Below are positions 44,945 through 49,536 of a DNA stretch of 49,536 nt, in pieces. Positions within the stretch are counted from its first letter, which is position 1, and every line of letters begins with the position of its first letter. A program made the position numbers and the translations under genes. Where the stretch lies: NCBI GenBank assembly GCA_047639355.1, contig JBLIOC010000003.1:1-49536 (forward strand), read 5' to 3'. Source of the stretch: Minisyncoccia bacterium. Lineage in GTDB: Bacteria > Patescibacteriota > Minisyncoccia > Phycocordibacterales > UBA918. Below the pieces are notes generated by a model. That model did no database searches. It was not told the DNA's origin and saw only the letters and a list, made by a program, of their open reading frames with translations.

Positions 44945-44998
44945 GTTTATAATATTACACCTTAGAGATGGAGGAAGTTACGCTAATGGAGTCAAAAC

Positions 44999-46828
44999 CT
45001 ACTCTACCTGTATCTTATTTTTATGTGCCCAAACTTGCAAGGTAAGCAAGTTCCACAATGGATTGAGATGATAACCCTTTACTTCAATATGATCTGAGAG
45101 CATATTCTGTACCTCTGGCCAATTTATTAATGAAGATAAACCATCATAGTATGAATCAGAAAATACCAAACGGACCTGCTGTTCAATAATTGGATCTCGA
45201 AGCCATTTTGCACCTGGAGACAACCAACCTCGCTTAGGTTGGCTAAATAGGTAGTCTGGTAAGTGACCCCGATAAGCATTTCTAAGAATTTTTTTGGTCG
45301 TCAGCGGAGTGAGTTTATTTTGATCATGGACTCCGTCTGCCAGGTTCACTACCGACAACCCAAGGAGAGGCACTCGAACTTCGACCCCTACTGCCATTGA
45401 GGACCTGTCGGTTCGGTGGAGAGCGTCATCGGCCAACCATGACTCTCTATCTACTCTCATAAATTTTTCAAAGGGCTTCAGTTGTGACACTTCGGACTCA
45501 GCGTAACGCTCACTAAATAGGTCAGAGGAAGATTTGTTGGATATTTTCTTTCTTAAAACTTTATTAACCGAATCAGAGGGAAACATCATCAGTAAAGAAT
45601 GCATGTCTGGACCGAGCAGTGTTTGAAGTTTGCCAGCTCGCGAGTGTAACTGGGCTACTCCAGACTGAATTAAGTTTGGTAATTTCTGAAAATAAAGAGC
45701 AGCCAAAGTTATAGCGTGTCTTTCGTACCCTCCCCACAATTCATCTCCACCATCTCCACCAAGTGCCACTACCACTCCATCTTTTCGGACAAAACGACTT
45801 AAAAAGAATTGGGTTACTGTTGTGGGGTTAGATACCGGCTCATCCAACTGGCCCAAAATTGATAGTAGTTCTGACCGAACATCATGAAGACTGATAGAAA
45901 AGGTGCTGTGCTCGCTGCCATATATCGATGCTGTCTGTGCTGCCAAGGTAGCATCAGCATTAAATTTCTCTGTCTCTGACTCCGAACCAGCGACCATTTC
46001 AAAACCGCTAGAAAAAGTCTTAATTTTTCCAATCTCAGAAGCGTGATGCAGAACAATACTCGAATCTAAACCACCAGAAAGAAAAACACCCAAAGGCCTG
46101 TCGGACACCATTTGTGCAGTGACCTCAGAACCAATAGTTTTAACTAACTCCTTTTTAGAGACTGAAGTTTTGCTTGGTTTTATGGGATGAAAATATCTAT
46201 CGATTTCTAACTTACCTTTAGAAAATCTTGCTAAGTGTCCAGGTCTTAATTTTTTAATCCCTAATACCAGAGTATCGGGACTCGGAACATAGTTCAATGT
46301 CAGAAATTGTGACACAGCTTCTGTGTCAAGAATTCGTTGATCAGAGCCTGCTATAAGGCCTGTTAGTTCAGAAGAAAAAAACAGAGAAGAATCTAACTGA
46401 GAATAATATAGCGGTTTTACCCCTAAATGATCTCTTACGAGAACCAACTCATCTGTGTCAGCGTCATACCAGGCAAAAGCAAAAATACCCTCAATTCTAT
46501 CCACGGCAGATTCACCCCAAGTGGCGAGAGCGGCCAGTAACACCTCACTGTCACCCTGACTTTTGAATTCCCAATCAGGCAGTTGACTGCGTAAGGCTTT
46601 GAAATTATATATTTCACCATTGAATACCAAAAGATGTCGTCCGTCAGGGCTTAGCATTGGTTGATTTGCCACTGCTGAAGTATCAATAATGGACAAACGA
46701 TTATGACCAAAGGTTACCGAGCCAACTGACTGCACGCCGGTAGCGTCAGGCCCTCTATGCATCGTAGAAGAAACCATCTTATCAACTGCTGCTTTAGTAA
46801 TTTTGTATCCCCCATTAATTCCGCACAT
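44999..46828 (-). CDS. asnB: Asparagine synthase (glutamine-hydrolysing)-type amidotransferase, second paralogue
   Basis: MCGING, HRGPD, HNRLSIID, FNGEIYN, RDHLGVKPLYY, FLSGGLDSS, GGDGGDELW, VEVRVP. Confidence 0.94.
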   Translation of the reverse strand: MCGINGGYKITKAAVDKMVSSTMHRGPDATGVQSVGSVTFGHNRLSIIDTSAVANQPMLSPDGRHLLVFNGEIYNFKALRSQLPDWEFKSQGDSEVLLAALATWGESAVDRIEGIFAFAWYDADTDELVLVRDHLGVKPLYYSQLDSSLFFSSELTGLIAGSDQRILDTEAVSQFLTLNYVPSPDTLVLGIKKLRPGHLARFSKGKLEIDRYFHPIKPSKTSVSKKELVKTIGSEVTAQMVSDRPLGVFLSGGLDSSIVLHHASEIGKIKTFSSGFEMVAGSESETEKFNADATLAAQTASIYGSEHSTFSISLHDVRSELLSILGQLDEPVSNPTTVTQFFLSRFVRKDGVVVALGGDGGDELWGGYERHAITLAALYFQKLPNLIQSGVAQLHSRAGKLQTLLGPDMHSLLMMFPSDSVNKVLRKKISNKSSSDLFSERYAESEVSQLKPFEKFMRVDRESWLADDALHRTDRSSMAVGVEVRVPLLGLSVVNLADGVHDQNKLTPLTTKKILRNAYRGHLPDYLFSQPKRGWLSPGAKWLRDPIIEQQVRLVFSDSYYDGLSSLINWPEVQNMLSDHIEVKGYHLNPLWNLLTLQVWAHKNKIQVE

Positions 46829-46840
46829 GGTAAAAATTCA

Positions 46841-47899
46841 TTATTGAGTTATTTCAACTTTGACTTTTCGCTCTAGCGTATCAAACAAGTTTTTATAAAA
46901 AACATCAGTACGAAGTTTTGTTTCAAATACAGTACGGGCTTTTTTCTGCATTTCAATAAATTGTTCGTCAGACAAATCATTCCAAAATTTTTCAATTATG
47001 GCTGGTAGCCTTCTCAGATCTGAGTGGTCTACTCGAAGCATAAAACTATCGTAATCAATTTCGTCTTCAAGAGGTAACGGAGTGTCGGTATTAATGAACA
47101 GTGGGATTCTACCCATAGACAACACTTCAAAAAAGCGTAATGAAAAATTTCCATCACCTCTAATTACTAAACCTAAGTCAGAATTTTGTAAAACATCAAT
47201 ATATTCTTTTCTCAGAACATCAGGAGCTTTACTTAGAGTTTTTTCGAGAGCCGAGAAGGAATTTCTAATGACGAAATTTGTTTTGCACTTATCTGTTTTA
47301 TCCAATGCTTTTGTAATACTACGCCGAAAATATAAACCCTGTGCTTCTTCCCTGCGTTTTGTGCCTAGTAGTACTTTGAATCTAAATATTAGCTTCTTTA
47401 TTTGGTACTTAATCTCCTTAACACGTGTCGGCAACGCTACCATACCAGCAAATCCAACCACTGGCGGGGTACCGTCTTTATGTCTGGATGTAGTGCCGTA
47501 ATCTGAACCAATATCTTCAATAAAAGGAGGAATGATGATTTCATTAGAAGAAAGAGTCCTTTTATAGGATGCGGTACGGAGAACAATGACGCTTTTCAAT
47601 TGGACTTTATCAACCAAATCACCGTAATTCAAAACTATTATTTTCTTTTTATGAAGCTCCGCAAATGAATCTAGTTCATTCAAATAATTCTCTTGCTGTC
47701 CTAAATATGAATAATCATTAGGCATGAGAATATAATGAGATTCTTCTACAGTCGAAACAATCTCCACCATTTTCTTGAACGGGGCTGATGCAATTTTCTG
47801 AAAAATATTTCCCTCGTATTCATTTTCAGTTAAAAACAATTTTAGTAACTTGGAGTCAGCCTGATTAGGAAGTCTGTCGTATACAAATAATTTCAACAT
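46841..47899 (-). CDS. Exostosin family (GT47-like) protein
   Basis: VGFAG, YIDVLQNSDLGLVIRGDGNFSLRFFEVLSMGRIPLFI...LPLEDEIDY. Confidence 0.8.
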   Translation of the reverse strand: MLKLFVYDRLPNQADSKLLKLFLTENEYEGNIFQKIASAPFKKMVEIVSTVEESHYILMPNDYSYLGQQENYLNELDSFAELHKKKIIVLNYGDLVDKVQLKSVIVLRTASYKRTLSSNEIIIPPFIEDIGSDYGTTSRHKDGTPPVVGFAGMVALPTRVKEIKYQIKKLIFRFKVLLGTKRREEAQGLYFRRSITKALDKTDKCKTNFVIRNSFSALEKTLSKAPDVLRKEYIDVLQNSDLGLVIRGDGNFSLRFFEVLSMGRIPLFINTDTPLPLEDEIDYDSFMLRVDHSDLRRLPAIIEKFWNDLSDEQFIEMQKKARTVFETKLRTDVFYKNLFDTLERKVKVEITQ

Positions 47900-48546
47900 A
47901 CATCTTTATTGATTATAAAGTAGTACCCCAAGGCATATGGTCGAGATTTTTTGCCTTTAATCTTTTGATACATCTTATCTAAAGTGTAGTTAATCGTGAA
48001 TATTATCGACCTAAGTAACCTTGGCAAGCTCAAGATAAACATGTGAGAAGCCGCAATAAACGGACCAGCCCCTATGACTTGGGTTGAAATATTTTTTGCT
48101 CCGGCACTATGGAAGATATTTTCTAACGCTTCATGGGTGTAGCGGAAGAAATCTCGATGGTCAGCGTGGTACCACATTAGAAAAGGTACGAAACCGATAA
48201 GTTGCCCTCCCGGTTTAGTGATACGAAATACTTCATTTGCGATGTGTTGATAGTTGAAAATATGCTCCATTACATTTAGGAGAAGTACCGTGTCATAGGC
48301 ACCATTTTCAGCAGGTAGCTTATCCTTCTCAAAATCTACTGTTGCACCACTCTTAATATCAAAACTTAAAAAATCAACATCATCTGTTTTTTTCATGAAC
48401 GAAATATAGTCAGCATTTCTTCCACCACCAATGTCTATTGTATTTCCTTTCAGAGTTTCTTCTGAAAGCCGCAGGTTTAAATAAGCTCTTAAGACACTTT
48501 TTCCTTTATTTATTTCTGAGCAGAGAAATCTATAATCTTTAAACAT
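47893..48546 (-). CDS. Class I SAM-dependent methyltransferase
   Basis: IDIGGG, NVMEHI, RITKPGG, VPFLMWYHADHRDFFRYT. Confidence 0.9.
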   Translation of the reverse strand: MFKDYRFLCSEINKGKSVLRAYLNLRLSEETLKGNTIDIGGGRNADYISFMKKTDDVDFLSFDIKSGATVDFEKDKLPAENGAYDTVLLLNVMEHIFNYQHIANEVFRITKPGGQLIGFVPFLMWYHADHRDFFRYTHEALENIFHSAGAKNISTQVIGAGPFIAASHMFILSLPRLLRSIIFTINYTLDKMYQKIKGKKSRPYALGYYFIINKDVC

Positions 48547-49536
48547 AGGTTTGTAAAATTTTGGGAATTAATGACTTGATACTGTGGTTTTGGATGACGT
48601 ACTCTGTGTATTGTTCATTCTTGAATACGTTTGATTCTAGCACGTCGTTCACTTGTTGTATGAAAGTTTCCTGATCGGAGACCTGAGCGACGTCGATCGG
48701 GAGCGAGGCGCTGCCGGGGGCCATTGAGACAACTGGCAAGCCACATGCCATTGGTTCTAGTATTGCCTTGTCTAAGCTACCGTTTTGGGCCACTGTCACA
48801 AATATCTTGGCGCGGTTGAGGTATTGAGGTAACTCGGTTTGAGGTATTCTACCTACAAAATGCACCGCCCCTACCAATCCTAACTCTTGCACATAATCAC
48901 GAAGCTTTTGTTCATACTGTTTTTCTTCTTCAGTGACTCCGGCCCCGACAATTGTCAATGAGACATCGTGTGTATCTCGTACTTTTTTGAGAATATCTAC
49001 AAGAACGATGAGGTTCTTGGACGGTGTAATACGCCCGACAGTTATGAGGTCGATGTCTTTTGGTCCAGTTTGCGGAGCAAACTGGACTGTATCAATTCCG
49101 TGGCCAGTCACTAACACCTTGTTACTTTTTAGTCGAAAACTTTCCGGTGAACCAGTGAATATTTTGTGCACAAATTTTTCGGCCACCCTAAGTGATGCCG
49201 GGACTGTACCGTGCATGTACCACAACCCCACCCTCTTTCGGAAAAGATGCCAGATGGAATCGCCGAGGATTACGTAGACCTGATTCATGTGGACAAAGAC
49301 ATTATCGTACTCGTGGCGAAGTTTCCAGATTAGGGAATAGAAACGAATTAAATATGTGAACTTCCCCTTCCCTTCATCTTTACCAAGAGAATGAACGGTG
49401 ACATTGGCTGGCAATGAGTGTTTACCTTCTTGTAAGCAAATGACATGTACATGTTCGCAATGCTTCGCAAACTCTTCTACCCAACGGTGGAAGAAGCCCA
49501 ATATAGGATGTTCAGTATCTACTACTTGAGTAACAA
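48539..49536 (-). CDS. Glycosyltransferase family 4 (start lies just beyond the right edge)
   Basis: The frame stays open upstream of the tracked TTG (...VTQVVDTEHPILGFFHRW). Motifs GHGID, VGRITPSKN, GSLDKAILEPMACGLP. Confidence 0.9.
   Translation of the reverse strand, partial: VTQVVDTEHPILGFFHRWVEEFAKHCEHVHVICLQEGKHSLPANVTVHSLGKDEGKGKFTYLIRFYSLIWKLRHEYDNVFVHMNQVYVILGDSIWHLFRKRVGLWYMHGTVPASLRVAEKFVHKIFTGSPESFRLKSNKVLVTGHGIDTVQFAPQTGPKDIDLITVGRITPSKNLIVLVDILKKVRDTHDVSLTIVGAGVTEEEKQYEQKLRDYVQELGLVGAVHFVGRIPQTELPQYLNRAKIFVTVAQNGSLDKAILEPMACGLPVVSMAPGSASLPIDVAQVSDQETFIQQVNDVLESNVFKNEQYTEYVIQNHSIKSLIPKILQTYV

Noticed and set aside
39604-46828. Two asnB genes as asparagine biosynthesis or a recent duplication
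   Set aside because: They are highly diverged from each other and embedded among glycosyltransferases, where AsnB-like enzymes typically amidate sugars. gatB also suggests a tRNA-dependent route to Asn/Gln.
1122-49277. Numerous 60-165 aa ORFs opposite or inside long genes (e.g. 5277..5618, 15775..16272, 33007..33396, 47082..47501)
   Set aside because: They are fully overlapped by motif-supported genes and have no independent motifs or expression signals.

Overview
A 49.5-kb bacterial window whose gene content and style suggest a Patescibacteria/CPR genome, probably Parcubacteria (inference). TGA is used as a stop, so it is not a code-25 lineage. Left third (1-14.6 kb): the 5' end of a large secreted tail-fibre-like protein missed by the ORF track, two membrane-anchored excisionase-type HTH proteins, gatB, obgE, a holin-like protein, secA, a Lys-rich histone-like protein, murB, an O-antigen-ligase/TPR protein, a RelB/DinJ-YafQ-type TA pair, a RhuM pseudogene, a membrane wHTH protein and a thermonuclease. 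The remaining ~35 kb is a surface-glycan synthesis and decoration locus: a Sat-CysC PAPS synthase and a sulfotransferase-like protein, 10 SAM methyltransferases, a Wzx flippase, a 2OG-Fe(II) dioxygenase, nucleotide-sugar enzymes, two AsnB amidotransferases, GT2/GT4/GT47 enzymes and a GtrA/GtrB/GT-C-like trio. Most striking: (1) a four-gene cassette of CotH-pseudokinase/beta-helix, CotH kinase, VTC polyphosphate polymerase and DUF4956 channel-like protein, hypothesised to be a polyP-fuelled extracytoplasmic phosphorylation system; (2) this cassette and a second one (dioxygenase + methyltransferase) are each bracketed by 440-530 bp diverged direct repeats built from gene 3' ends, each with a 58-60 bp perfectly identical core; (3) many genes have a -10 box 6-9 nt before the ATG (leaderless-type architecture); (4) two adjacent ~100-nt RNA-like structures of opposite strand polarity lie upstream of secA. 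No rRNA, tRNA, CRISPR array or transposase was seen. All calls come from reading motifs by eye; no database searches were run.
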